This document shows, piece by piece, positions 48,313 to 57,693 of a stretch of DNA of 64,000 bases (positions are counted from its first letter, which is position 1; every line of letters starts with the position of its first letter). The notes below the pieces were generated by a model that saw only the letters and a list, made by a program, of their open reading frames with translations, did not search any database and was not told the origin of the DNA. This DNA is from Candidatus Nomurabacteria bacterium. GTDB taxonomy: Bacteria > Patescibacteriota > Minisyncoccia > Phycocordibacterales > UBA9973. The DNA is taken from the NCBI GenBank assembly GCA_052035405.1, contig JBPOHQ010000004.1:70687-134686 (forward strand). Reading direction: 5' to 3'. The position numbers and the translations under genes are program-made.

Positions 48313-48997
48313 CGATCCTAAAATTTTAGGATTGGCTCTTTTGGGTGGTATAATCCCCTCTCTTTTATGGTTATGGTTCTGGCTTAAAGAAGACAAAAAA
48401 GCTGAGGAACCAAAAGGATTACTCACAGTTATTTTTATACTTGGCATGGTCTCTGTGATACTTGTTATACCAATACAAAAATTAATTCAACAAAACACAA
48501 CAGATCATCAGTTAGAATTAACTCTTTGGGCTACCGCAGAAGAAATAATAAAGTATTTAGCTGTTGTACTTATTTTATACAAAACAAACTATGCAGACGA
48601 GCCTGTAGACTGGCCAATATATCTCATGACTGCAGCTCTCGGTTTTGCTGCATTTGAAAACACTCTTTATCTTATCAAACCACTCTCCCTTGGAGACACG
48701 ATTGTCGGACTACTTACGGGTCAATTAAGGTTTTTAGGTTCAACACTGCTTCATGCCGTATCTAGTGGTATTGTTGGTATATTTATCGGACTCTCGGTGC
48801 ATTTTGGAAAATTTATAAAAAAAATGTACCTTTTGATTGGATTATTTTTTGCAATTGTCTTGCATACTGTCTTTAATTTTTTTATAATGAAATACGAAGG
48901 AACAGGATTCATAAAAGTGTTTGCGTTTTTGTGGGTCGTTACTGTTATTATCATGTTACTCTTTGAGAAACTAAGAAGAATGAGTAGTAAAAATTAA
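48305..48997 (+). CDS. PrsW-family intramembrane protease
   Basis: EEIIK, GFAAFEN, two His motifs. Confidence 0.9.
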   Translation: MTNDPKILGLALLGGIIPSLLWLWFWLKEDKKAEEPKGLLTVIFILGMVSVILVIPIQKLIQQNTTDHQLELTLWATAEEIIKYLAVVLILYKTNYADEPVDWPIYLMTAALGFAAFENTLYLIKPLSLGDTIVGLLTGQLRFLGSTLLHAVSSGIVGIFIGLSVHFGKFIKKMYLLIGLFFAIVLHTVFNFFIMKYEGTGFIKVFAFLWVVTVIIMLLFEKLRRMSSKN

Positions 48998-49019
48998 TAT
49001 TTAAAAAATAAAAATTATT

Positions 49020-49484
49020 ATGGAAAATAAAAAAAGAAGTTTTTTTGAAAGAATCACAGGAAGTATGAGAGCAGACGATGATATAGAAGTAGAACACCAG
49101 GCAGTAGAGCCAGATAAAAAGAATACCAATGCTTGGATGGAAGAGGAAAACGAAGAAGCAGAACTCACAGTAGATGTATTTCAGACATCTACTGATATAT
49201 TCCTACAGACTATGGTAGCTGGAGTAAAACCTGAGGACCTAGACTTAACTATAGGACGAGATATGATAACTATTAAAGGAAAAAGGGAGAATGATCAATC
49301 CGTACCTGATGAGAATTACTTTACCAAAGAACTCTACTGGGGCAAGTTCTCTCGAACCATTCTCCTCCCCCAAGAAGTAGAACCAGATCAGTCAGATGCA
49401 ACAGAAAAACATGGGTTGCTTACCATTAAGCTTCAAAAAGTAGATAAAGAAAAGAAAGCTAATGTAAAAGTAAAATCTATATAG
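49020..49484 (+). CDS. Hsp20 small heat-shock protein
   Basis: AGVKPEDL, ELYWGKFSR, GLLTIKL. Confidence 0.92.
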   Translation: MENKKRSFFERITGSMRADDDIEVEHQAVEPDKKNTNAWMEEENEEAELTVDVFQTSTDIFLQTMVAGVKPEDLDLTIGRDMITIKGKRENDQSVPDENYFTKELYWGKFSRTILLPQEVEPDQSDATEKHGLLTIKLQKVDKEKKANVKVKSI

Positions 49485-49485
49485 T

Positions 49486-49525
49486 AAAAAATAAAAAACC
49501 TCCACATGGAGGTTTTTTATTTTTT
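49486..49525. terminator. Bidirectional terminator
   Basis: AAAAAATAAAAAACCTCCA/TGGAGGTTTTTTATTTTTT. Confidence 0.75.
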
Positions 49526-49600
49526 GGTGCCGAGACCCAGGGTCGAACTGGGGACCTATCCCTCTTCAGGGGAGCGCTCTACCAACTGAGCTATCTCGGC
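49525..49600 (-). tRNA. tRNA-Phe(GAA)
   Basis: GCCGAGA...TCTCGGC-ACCA, loop CT-GAA-GA. Confidence 0.96.
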
Positions 49601-49607
49601 AAATAAG

Positions 49608-49886
49608 TTACTTCTTAAATTTATTTATAAATTCTTGAAATGCGTTAGAGTGTATATCTACCTTTTGTTCAAAAGTAGATATTGAATTATACGCATTTAT
49701 AACCTTATCAAAATATGGTTCCAGATATACAAAGGCTCCGTAAGATAAACCAACAACAACCAACAACTTAATAATAGAAAATAAAGCTGTACGTTTCTGT
49801 ACTGCCCGTACCTTATGCAACATTGCATTGTTTTCTTTTGCTATTTCAAAGGTTGCCTGTAATAACTTTTTGGATTCTGGGTCCAC
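49608..49886 (-). CDS. Hypothetical single-TM protein
   Basis: MDPE..LL...ENN.ML pattern plus TM. Confidence 0.7.
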   Translation of the reverse strand: MDPESKKLLQATFEIAKENNAMLHKVRAVQKRTALFSIIKLLVVVGLSYGAFVYLEPYFDKVINAYNSISTFEQKVDIHSNAFQEFINKFKK

Positions 49887-49966
49887 AGGAATATTCTATC
49901 ATAAAACTAAGCTAAATCAAATATATATTTATTGCAATAACAGCAATTTATAGTAATATAAATTAC

Positions 49967-50485
49967 ATGCATTTTATTACATCTGGACGCAAAAATCACT
50001 CTTCTGGTTTTACGTTATTAGAATTACTTGTAGTTATTGCCATAATAGGTATTTTCTCCAGCATTATATTGGTTAATATTAATTTAAACAGAAAGAAAGC
50101 AAGAGATGGAGCAATCAAAACTCAACTAAAACAATTTCAAAATATTTTAGCTCTTGAATACAATGATACAGGTAGCTATGCAAACCTACAAACCGATGTA
50201 TGGTCTCCTGAAACTCCTTGCAATACTGCTTTTGCGGGTAATTATGCTACTCAAGCGACACAAATATGTAATGAAATAACTAAATTAGCAGGAAGTTGGG
50301 GTGTTTGGGGTGCTCCATATAAATTATATGCTGGAAATGCCGTTGATCCAGCAACAAAATATTCGATTATGGTACCTTTAAATTCAAAAAATACTTTTTA
50401 TTGCATAGGAAGCAGTGGAAGTTCTGACACTGAAGACACCCTTGATGGAGTGTTAGACACTATTGGCTGCGAAGAGAATCCTTAA
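49967..50485 (+). CDS. Type IV pilin-like protein
   Basis: GFTLLELLVVIAIIG prepilin cleavage motif. Confidence 0.93.
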   Translation: MHFITSGRKNHSSGFTLLELLVVIAIIGIFSSIILVNINLNRKKARDGAIKTQLKQFQNILALEYNDTGSYANLQTDVWSPETPCNTAFAGNYATQATQICNEITKLAGSWGVWGAPYKLYAGNAVDPATKYSIMVPLNSKNTFYCIGSSGSSDTEDTLDGVLDTIGCEENP

Positions 50486-50586
50486 AGATTTCTTGTCTTT
50501 TCTGTAATTCTATGGTTTAATAAAAAGAATCGGGCATGAGGCTCGATTTTTTTGTTCTTTCCACAATTTAAAAACTTTTACACAGG

Positions 50587-52281
50587 ATGAAGAAGTTACC
50601 TATTCCACTTATTATCTTTCTATTTTTGGCAGCTCAAAGCCTGGCACAAACATGGAATCCACTTAGCGATACTCTTAACGGGTTTGTTACCTGTGGAGTA
50701 AACACTGGCACACCAAACAATCTTTTACCTGAAGCACTTCTCGGTGGAACTTTCACCCAAACCAAAAACGGTATTACGTCTCCTTTAGTTATCAAATACG
50801 ACAACTGGACGCACGATTTTACACAAGTAACGGGCTTTGATCAAACAACCGACAAAGTAGTAGGATTTTTTAAAAGAAACGGTTCCTGGTATGCCTACGG
50901 TAAATTTAAAGTCGGAACTAATCTGTATTACGGTGCAATGGAATTCAACAGCGACAATACCGTAGCCACGCCAAATGCTCAGTTTCAATTCAAAGGGGCA
51001 CTTGCGAGCACAGGAAAAATTGAATCTCTGGGTATAGACACACTAACTAATGAAGTTATCTTTTACGGCAACACCTTGGCCCGCATGGGTCCAGGTAGTG
51101 GCGTAAACCTTGCAGCAAAAGTCGGTAAAATGACCCTTGACGGTACAGTAACAGCTCTTGGAGCACTGACACCCACACATGCATCTGAAAATCCAACGAT
51201 CCTAACAATCGGCTGGAAAAATTCAGAATGGTCCATCCTCGGCAACTTTGAAATGCTTGGTGGTACTTCAGTAAACGATCTTGGTACGTGGAACGGCACA
51301 AATGTAACTGCGATAAATACAAACACGAACACAGACGTACGATGCAGCGGATATTCTAACGGTTATTTAGGTTGGAATGGGTTTATTACCGACCTCGGAG
51401 TTAATTCGCCTGGTGGATTAAAATTAAACAATGGCAATCTTGAGGCACTTGGTGGTGGATGGAACATTGCAACAAAGCATGTGATCCAGCGAAACAACTT
51501 TGTATGGTTCTCTGGTGCAAAGCAAGCATCGGGTTCGAGATTAGCGACTTTCGATGTTCTCACTTCTAGTTGGACAAACAGACAAACCAATCTACTTACG
51601 GTGGATAATGATACAATTATTCTGAACGGTATCGTTCATTTCCCTGGAGACAGTCTGATGGTGTTTGGAAATTTTAATTCAACAAACTCTTCCATCCCTG
51701 GCGGCCTTGCCGTTGGCAAAGTCGCTTCGATTGCTTTACCGGTAGAATTAACCTCCTTCACGGGACGGTTAATAAACGGCAAAGTTTTACTACAGTGGCA
51801 TACTAAAACCGAGCACAAGAATCGTGGATTTAAAATCGAAAGAGCAAATGCTGAATTTCAGTGGACCGAAATTGATTTTATTGCAGGAAACGGAGATAGC
51901 GATTTGCCACAAGATTATTCTTACTGGGACAATAGACCGTTAGACGGTTTAAGTTACTATCGTTTAGTTCAAATGGATGAAGACAGTAAACTGACTTACC
52001 TACCCGCAATCAAAATTGAAAAAATTATTACAGGTATTAAGGTATCTCCGAATCCAGCATATGAAAGTATCCTAATTGAAATTGAAAGCAATCAAGAAAC
52101 AAGCGGATCAGTTGATGTTATAACCATTATTGGCAAAACGATATGCACAATACCTATTACTATTAATTCCGGGATGAACGAGACATCCTTAAGTCTCCTG
52201 GGCATTCCGAGTGGAAATTACATATTGCAAATTACTACGGAAAATCAGATTTTCAGAACACAGTTAATTATTTCGAACTAA
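50587..52281 (+). CDS. Secreted beta-propeller-like protein with T9SS type A sorting domain
   Basis: Signal peptide; LPVELTSF..V.LQW.T.TE..N.GF.IER; SPNPA and SGNYILQI tail. Confidence 0.85.
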   Translation: MKKLPIPLIIFLFLAAQSLAQTWNPLSDTLNGFVTCGVNTGTPNNLLPEALLGGTFTQTKNGITSPLVIKYDNWTHDFTQVTGFDQTTDKVVGFFKRNGSWYAYGKFKVGTNLYYGAMEFNSDNTVATPNAQFQFKGALASTGKIESLGIDTLTNEVIFYGNTLARMGPGSGVNLAAKVGKMTLDGTVTALGALTPTHASENPTILTIGWKNSEWSILGNFEMLGGTSVNDLGTWNGTNVTAINTNTNTDVRCSGYSNGYLGWNGFITDLGVNSPGGLKLNNGNLEALGGGWNIATKHVIQRNNFVWFSGAKQASGSRLATFDVLTSSWTNRQTNLLTVDNDTIILNGIVHFPGDSLMVFGNFNSTNSSIPGGLAVGKVASIALPVELTSFTGRLINGKVLLQWHTKTEHKNRGFKIERANAEFQWTEIDFIAGNGDSDLPQDYSYWDNRPLDGLSYYRLVQMDEDSKLTYLPAIKIEKIITGIKVSPNPAYESILIEIESNQETSGSVDVITIIGKTICTIPITINSGMNETSLSLLGIPSGNYILQITTENQIFRTQLIISN

Positions 52282-52311
52282 TCGCCTGGTAAAATTTACC
52301 AAAAAATCATT

Positions 52312-52352
52312 AGCCCTAACACTTTACAAAGGAAGAGTGTCAGGGCTTTTTT
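52312..52352 (+). terminator. Intrinsic terminator
   Basis: AGCCCTAACACT/AGTGTCAGGGCT plus T-run. Confidence 0.65.
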
Positions 52353-52403
52353 ATTTTCTACTGATTTTGGAATAGTATTTTTATATGGTAAATTATACAC
52401 ATT

Positions 52404-52475
52404 GCCCTCATAGTTCAATGGATAGAACAGTTCCGTCCTAAGGAATAGATCCCCGTTCGATTCGGAGTGAGGGCA
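52404..52475 (+). tRNA. tRNA-Arg(CCU)
   Basis: GCCCTCA...TGAGGGC-A, loop GT-CCT-AA; no CCA. Confidence 0.93.
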
Positions 52476-52519
52476 CAATATAAAAAATCTTCCAAAAAGG
52501 AAGATTTTTTATATTGTGC
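52473..52519. terminator. Perfect 21-bp hairpin overlapping the tRNA-Arg 3' end
   Basis: GCACAATATAAAAAATCTTCC-AAAAA-GGAAGATTTTTTATATTGTGC. Confidence 0.75.
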
Positions 52520-52532
52520 TTTATAGCTTTAA

Positions 52533-52769
52533 TTATTTAATTCCGAGGAGTTCAACTATCTTTGGTTTGTTAAAACCTACAACGACATTATTACCTATGA
52601 CTATTACAGGTACGCCCATTTGACCACTCTTTTCAATCATTTCCTTTCTTTTATCTGTATCTACACCAACATTAAAGTCAGTAAAAGCTACGTTGTTTTC
52701 TGTAAAAAAGTCTTTTGCCATATGACAGAAGTGACATGATTCAGTTGAATATATAGTTACATTTTCCAT
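52533..52769 (-). CDS. Glutaredoxin-like protein (NrdH/YruB)
   Basis: CHFC, SGQMGVPVI. Confidence 0.92.
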   Translation of the reverse strand: MENVTIYSTESCHFCHMAKDFFTENNVAFTDFNVGVDTDKRKEMIEKSGQMGVPVIVIGNNVVVGFNKPKIVELLGIK

Positions 52770-52823
52770 AAATTTTTTATTATTATCTTCTAATTACTTT
52801 AATTATATCACACCCGTCAACCT

Positions 52824-53621
52824 CTACAAATTATTGATTTGAATGTTTTCTACGTGAGACGCTGCTTCTGTAATACCCCTCCGCATCATAGTGACCACTT
52901 CTACTGGATACTTCCCCACGGTAGTCTCTTCAGAGAGCATAAGAGCGTCAGCTCCGTGCAAAACAGCAAAAGCAATATCAGTCATCTCAGCACGAGTAGG
53001 TGCAGGGTTCTCAGTCATTGAGAGTAATACTTGCGTAGCAACTATTACAGGCTTACCTGCTACCTTACATTTATTTAAAATATCCTTCTCGACAAAAGGG
53101 ATCTGTTCAAAAGGAATTTCATTTCCCATATCACCTCGGGCAATCATAATAGCATCAGCTACTGCTATAATGGAATCGATATTTTCCACCGCAATAGTGC
53201 GTTCGATTTTTGCAATAATAGGAATACGCTTACCTAATTTATCCATTTCTTCTTGTAATTGTAAAACATCCAGAGCTTTCCCTACATATGATAATGCTAC
53301 ATAATCTACTTCTTGCTGTATACCAAACGCTAAGTCCTCTAAATCTTTTTTTGTTATTACTTCTAAAGAAGATTTATCAAACTCATGACCATCGTCATTG
53401 GTCATTCTTGGTCCAGATAAATCTTGTATTATTGGAATTTGAAGGTTGAGTTCTTTACTCGCTTCTCGTATATTATTTATAAGAATTCCATGCTCTTCGT
53501 GTGTTCCATGAGAAAAGTTCAACCTAGCTAAACTCATACCGGCTTCCATTATTTTTTTAAGAATCTCTTTTTCTTTTGTGGCAGGACCGATGGTTGCTAC
53601 TATCTGTATTTGTTTACTCAT
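52824..53621 (-). CDS. pyk: Pyruvate kinase, barrel-only form
   Basis: ATIGPA, RLNFSHG, IAKIE, ARGD, PTRAE, MLSEET. Confidence 0.9.
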   Translation of the reverse strand: MSKQIQIVATIGPATKEKEILKKIMEAGMSLARLNFSHGTHEEHGILINNIREASKELNLQIPIIQDLSGPRMTNDDGHEFDKSSLEVITKKDLEDLAFGIQQEVDYVALSYVGKALDVLQLQEEMDKLGKRIPIIAKIERTIAVENIDSIIAVADAIMIARGDMGNEIPFEQIPFVEKDILNKCKVAGKPVIVATQVLLSMTENPAPTRAEMTDIAFAVLHGADALMLSEETTVGKYPVEVVTMMRRGITEAASHVENIQINNL

Positions 53622-54841
53622 ATATTTGTTTCTTTTTTAATTTGAATTAATCTCTTATACTTAACCATTCTTTCTATTTTTCTAGGCGATCCAGACTTTA
53701 ATCCAAAAGCTCCGGTTGCATAAGCAAGGTCTGCTATAAAATCATCTTCTGTCTCCCCGCTCCTATGGCTGATTATTAGTTTTACATTGTTTTGGATTGC
53801 TAATGTTATAGTATCTATCATTTCAGATACAGTACCAATCTGATTGGGTTTAATAATGATTCCATTTATACTTTTACTATTTATAGCTTTTTCTAAAAGG
53901 CTTTTATGAGTTACGGTAAGGTCATCACCTACTACAATCAAATCTTTATGTTTTTCTCGTAACTTTGCAAAACTTTCGAAGTCTTCTTCGTGAAAAGGGT
54001 CTTCTATAGAAATTAATCTGAATTCTTGAATAAGTTCATCATAAATTTTTGCAAGTTCTTCTTTTGAAATACTTTTTCCATCCACCACATACACACCGTC
54101 TTTATAAAAAGAAGAAGCAGCGACATCTAGTGCAAGTCTTACTTTATCCTCACAATCATTTTCTATGATAGCCTCTCTCAAGAAAACCAAGGGTGTTCTT
54201 ATATCAGTAACTTTTGGAGCAAAACCTCCTTCGTCTCCTAAAACAATTGAATCTTCTCCAAGTTCACGGATAATAATATTCTGTAATGAGTCTTGAATCT
54301 TTAGACTCATAGAAACGGCTTCTTGTATGTCATCTACGAGTGTCACTATATGGTACTCTTGGAATGCTAGACCATTCTTCGCATGCTTGCCGCCGTTGAT
54401 TATATTTACAAATAAATGAGTTTGAACTCTTTGATTTACTTCTATAATTCTACTCAGATATTGATAAAGTGGGATACCTAAAGCTTGTGCTCCTAATTTT
54501 AGGGAGGCAATACTTACTCCTATCAGAGAATTAGCTCCTAAATAATCTTTATTTAACGTACCATCAAGAGCAATCATTTTTTTATCAATACTTGCTTGAT
54601 CGACTACAGACATACCAACAAGAGCATCTTTAATAAGAGTGTTTATTTTACCAATAGCATTATCTACCCCTTTGCCATCGGCATCACGAAGTTCGTGTGC
54701 TTCATGCACACCAGTTGACGCACCACTTGGTACTGAAAAACTAGCAGAAAGATTACCAGAAGATACGGTAACTTTAATCGTAGGATTCCCCCTTGAATCA
54801 AGTATATGGATTGCTTCAATTGTATTTATTTTATTTTCCAT
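53618..54841 (-). CDS. eno: Enolase
   Basis: DSRGNPT, PSGASTG, GDEGGF, SHRSGET. Confidence 0.96.
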   Translation of the reverse strand: MENKINTIEAIHILDSRGNPTIKVTVSSGNLSASFSVPSGASTGVHEAHELRDADGKGVDNAIGKINTLIKDALVGMSVVDQASIDKKMIALDGTLNKDYLGANSLIGVSIASLKLGAQALGIPLYQYLSRIIEVNQRVQTHLFVNIINGGKHAKNGLAFQEYHIVTLVDDIQEAVSMSLKIQDSLQNIIIRELGEDSIVLGDEGGFAPKVTDIRTPLVFLREAIIENDCEDKVRLALDVAASSFYKDGVYVVDGKSISKEELAKIYDELIQEFRLISIEDPFHEEDFESFAKLREKHKDLIVVGDDLTVTHKSLLEKAINSKSINGIIIKPNQIGTVSEMIDTITLAIQNNVKLIISHRSGETEDDFIADLAYATGAFGLKSGSPRKIERMVKYKRLIQIKKETNI

Positions 54842-56126
54842 GTCTTCTTAAGAATATCATTAGATCAGAAACATTAGCCCCTGTTGCTCCTGTGTGAATA
54901 ATATCATTTGTTTTTTTAAAAAAATTATACGCATCATAATTTTCTAAATACTCATCAATATTCAGGTTTTGTTCTTTTACTTTTGAGATAGTGTATTCAT
55001 CTATGACCACCCCCGCAGCATCGCTATTGTCCATGCCATCGCTTGCTAATGGGATAAATACGGATCCTGGTGGTACTAACCCTAGTTTTAAAGCACGTAG
55101 GCCCATGTATAGGTTTCTTCCCCCGCTCCCACCTCTCTTTTTTACTTCAAGTACTGGTTCACCCGCAGCTAAGATAAAACAATCTTTATGCGACTCAGTA
55201 TCCAAAATTTTATGCAAAGAGGCATCGACTTCATCGTAGAGCTCAGTCGAAACTATTTTAGTATGAAATCCTAGTTCTTGTGCTTTTTTTAGCATAGCAG
55301 AAACAGCGATATCATTAGAGACCAGGACAAAGTTGTGTACTTTTTCAAAATATTTATCTTCTTTTGGTGTTTCAGTTAAATCAAATTCACCGAGCTGATG
55401 ATTTTGTATGATAGTTAAAGCATCGGTGACAGTAGTCGTATCTTTATAGGTAGGACCAGAAGCAACGTCCTCAAAGTGATTTCCTGGTACATCAGAAAAT
55501 ATAAGTCCAATGACCGTAGCTGGATAGGCTGTCTTTGCTAGTCCGCCACCTTTGAGAGCTGAAATATGCTTTCTCACGGTATTTAATTCTATGGTTGTTT
55601 TACCTGACTTCAAAAATGAATCATATAAGACTCTACCTTGCTCGCACTCTGTTTCTGGATAACATAAAAGAGCTGAACCTCCTCCAGACACAATAGCAAT
55701 GATTAAGTCATCCTCATCTGCATTATCACAAATTTGAAAAATTTTTTCACTTGCTACTGAATTTTCTTCCGATGGACGCGGGTGTGTACCTGCAAATGTT
55801 TCAATATACGTACAGGTTACTGTACGTAATCCAATAATGACACCTTCGTGAATCTTATTACCAAGTATTTTTTCAAGAGCTAATGCCGCATCACATGACG
55901 CCTTACCGAAACCAACAATCTTTATTCTTTTAAATAAAGATAGATCAAATTTTGTTTCAAAAACATGCAAGACATTACCTTCCAGTTTTATTGCGTTTTT
56001 TACAACAACATCTGTTGCGATGCCTTCAAGACCTGCTTCAGCTACAGCGAGTGCAAGCCTGCGATTTTCAATATCTAAGAGCGTTGGCACAAGCACATCA
56101 AAATTTTTAATCCATCTATCTTGCAT
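54831..56126 (-). CDS. Glycerate 2-kinase (DUF4147/MOFRL)
   Basis: GFGKA, SGGGSAL, KGGGLA, ASGPT, GGRN, TGANVSD. Confidence 0.9.
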   Translation of the reverse strand: MQDRWIKNFDVLVPTLLDIENRRLALAVAEAGLEGIATDVVVKNAIKLEGNVLHVFETKFDLSLFKRIKIVGFGKASCDAALALEKILGNKIHEGVIIGLRTVTCTYIETFAGTHPRPSEENSVASEKIFQICDNADEDDLIIAIVSGGGSALLCYPETECEQGRVLYDSFLKSGKTTIELNTVRKHISALKGGGLAKTAYPATVIGLIFSDVPGNHFEDVASGPTYKDTTTVTDALTIIQNHQLGEFDLTETPKEDKYFEKVHNFVLVSNDIAVSAMLKKAQELGFHTKIVSTELYDEVDASLHKILDTESHKDCFILAAGEPVLEVKKRGGSGGRNLYMGLRALKLGLVPPGSVFIPLASDGMDNSDAAGVVIDEYTISKVKEQNLNIDEYLENYDAYNFFKKTNDIIHTGATGANVSDLMIFLRRHGK

Positions 56127-56127
56127 A

Positions 56128-57138
56128 TTATTTTAATACATTAACTGGCGTACCTTTTATAAAACTTTTAATATTTTCTACTGTTGTTGTGATAATTTCT
56201 CCCTCAGCTTCTTTTGAATAAAAAGCGATGTGTGGAGTGACAATAACATTTTTCATATTAATAAGGACTCTATCTTCAAGTAACGTTTTATAATCAGTAA
56301 CCTTGTCTCTTTTTTCTGGGTTGCCTAATATTTCAACCTCTTCTTTTAATTCTCTTTCACCTTCCAACACATCGAGTCCTGCTCCAGCAATGATGCCTTG
56401 ATTTAATGCAGAAACAAGCGCATCTGTATCAACTAATTCACCCCGGGCGGTATTAATCAAATACATACCTTTTTTCAAAAGACTAATATTGTCTTTATTA
56501 ATTAAGTGATGGTTTTCTTTTGTGTATGGAGCATGTAAAGAGATAACATCTGAAAGCGTAAAAACTTCATTTAAAGATTTATATTCAATACCGACTTCTG
56601 TTGCAAAACTCATGTCAGGATACAAGTCATACGCAACAACACGCATACCAAAACCTTTTGCCATTTTTATAAAATTCTTTCCAATCTTTCCTGTTCCTAT
56701 AACACCCATGACTTTGTCTTTTAAGTCAAAACCTCTGAATGAATAAATAGAAAAATCAGCGTTTTCTTTCAGTTCTTGGTTTGCAAGATATACTTTTCTA
56801 GAAAGGTTTAAAAGTAAAGCAAAAGCAAATTCAGCAACCGTAGAAGAACCATACGCAGGAACGTTTGATACAAGTATGTTTTTAGAACGTGCATACGCGA
56901 CATCTATATGATCAAATCCTGTAGAACGAGTGGTTATGTATTTTAGAGTAGGTATGGCATCTATAATGCTCGAGCTAATCATTGAGTTTATAAAGATAGA
57001 GATAACTTCCGCGTCTTTTGTAAGAGCGACATTTTCTTCCGTTAATTTTTCTTGATAAAAAGAGACTTGATCTTCTGGGAAAAACTGCTTAAGCATTTCC
57101 TGTTCGACAGTCGGCACTTCAAAAAATATGATTTTCAT
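56128..57138 (-). CDS. D-2-hydroxyacid dehydrogenase (D-LDH/hydroxypyruvate reductase)
   Basis: RSTGFDH, GTGKIG, INTARG, DVLEGE, TPHIAF. Confidence 0.92.
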   Translation of the reverse strand: MKIIFFEVPTVEQEMLKQFFPEDQVSFYQEKLTEENVALTKDAEVISIFINSMISSSIIDAIPTLKYITTRSTGFDHIDVAYARSKNILVSNVPAYGSSTVAEFAFALLLNLSRKVYLANQELKENADFSIYSFRGFDLKDKVMGVIGTGKIGKNFIKMAKGFGMRVVAYDLYPDMSFATEVGIEYKSLNEVFTLSDVISLHAPYTKENHHLINKDNISLLKKGMYLINTARGELVDTDALVSALNQGIIAGAGLDVLEGERELKEEVEILGNPEKRDKVTDYKTLLEDRVLINMKNVIVTPHIAFYSKEAEGEIITTTVENIKSFIKGTPVNVLK

Positions 57139-57169
57139 GAGACCATTATATCATAAGAATACGTAAATA

Positions 57170-57553
57170 TTACTTGAAAAGTCTGTTGAAAAAAGAGAAG
57201 AAATTACTTTGTTTTTCTTGATTACCCTCTACCTCTTCATTCTTTTTTGGGTTAATAACCACAATCATGCCTTCTCCTTCCCTTGCCAACCCAAACTTTT
57301 CTCTAATAAGTGACTCTTTACCTTTGTCTGTGTTGAGGGTATTAATCTCTGTATGTAATTGGTCTTTTTTATCTAAGAGCTCAGCCACCTTGTTTTCTGC
57401 AATATCTCGAGATTTACGTGCTTCTATCATTTTACCTAAAAAAAGGATAATATTAATTGCAAAAAAAACAAGTAACAATGAGAGAATGACCAAAGAAGGC
57501 CAGGATTCTAGCAGTTTTCTCCAATCACTTTTTTTGTCTTGAAAACTATTCAT
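57170..57553 (-). CDS. Septum formation initiator (DivIC/FtsB)
   Basis: TM, coiled coil, IREKFGLAREGE. Confidence 0.85.
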   Translation of the reverse strand: MNSFQDKKSDWRKLLESWPSLVILSLLLVFFAINIILFLGKMIEARKSRDIAENKVAELLDKKDQLHTEINTLNTDKGKESLIREKFGLAREGEGMIVVINPKKNEEVEGNQEKQSNFFSFFNRLFK

Positions 57554-57574
57554 ATTATGTTAGTATAACACTAT

Positions 57575-57688
57575 ATGCTTTTCAATAAGAAACATCAAAA
57601 GAAAGTACAGATCGCTTGGGCAATCCTTTCAGGACTTATTATTCTGAGTATGATACTGCTGTATTCACCTATTTTTCTTACAAAATAA
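57575..57688 (+). CDS. 37-aa single-TM small protein (absent from ORF track)
   Basis: MLFNKKHQKKVQIAWAILSGLIILSMILLYSPIFLTK; TAGTAT -10-like site just upstream. Confidence 0.65.
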   Translation: MLFNKKHQKKVQIAWAILSGLIILSMILLYSPIFLTK

Positions 57689-57693
57689 GGTTT

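Noticed and set aside
52296-52478. 60-aa ORF
   Set aside because: Antisense shadow of tRNA-Arg
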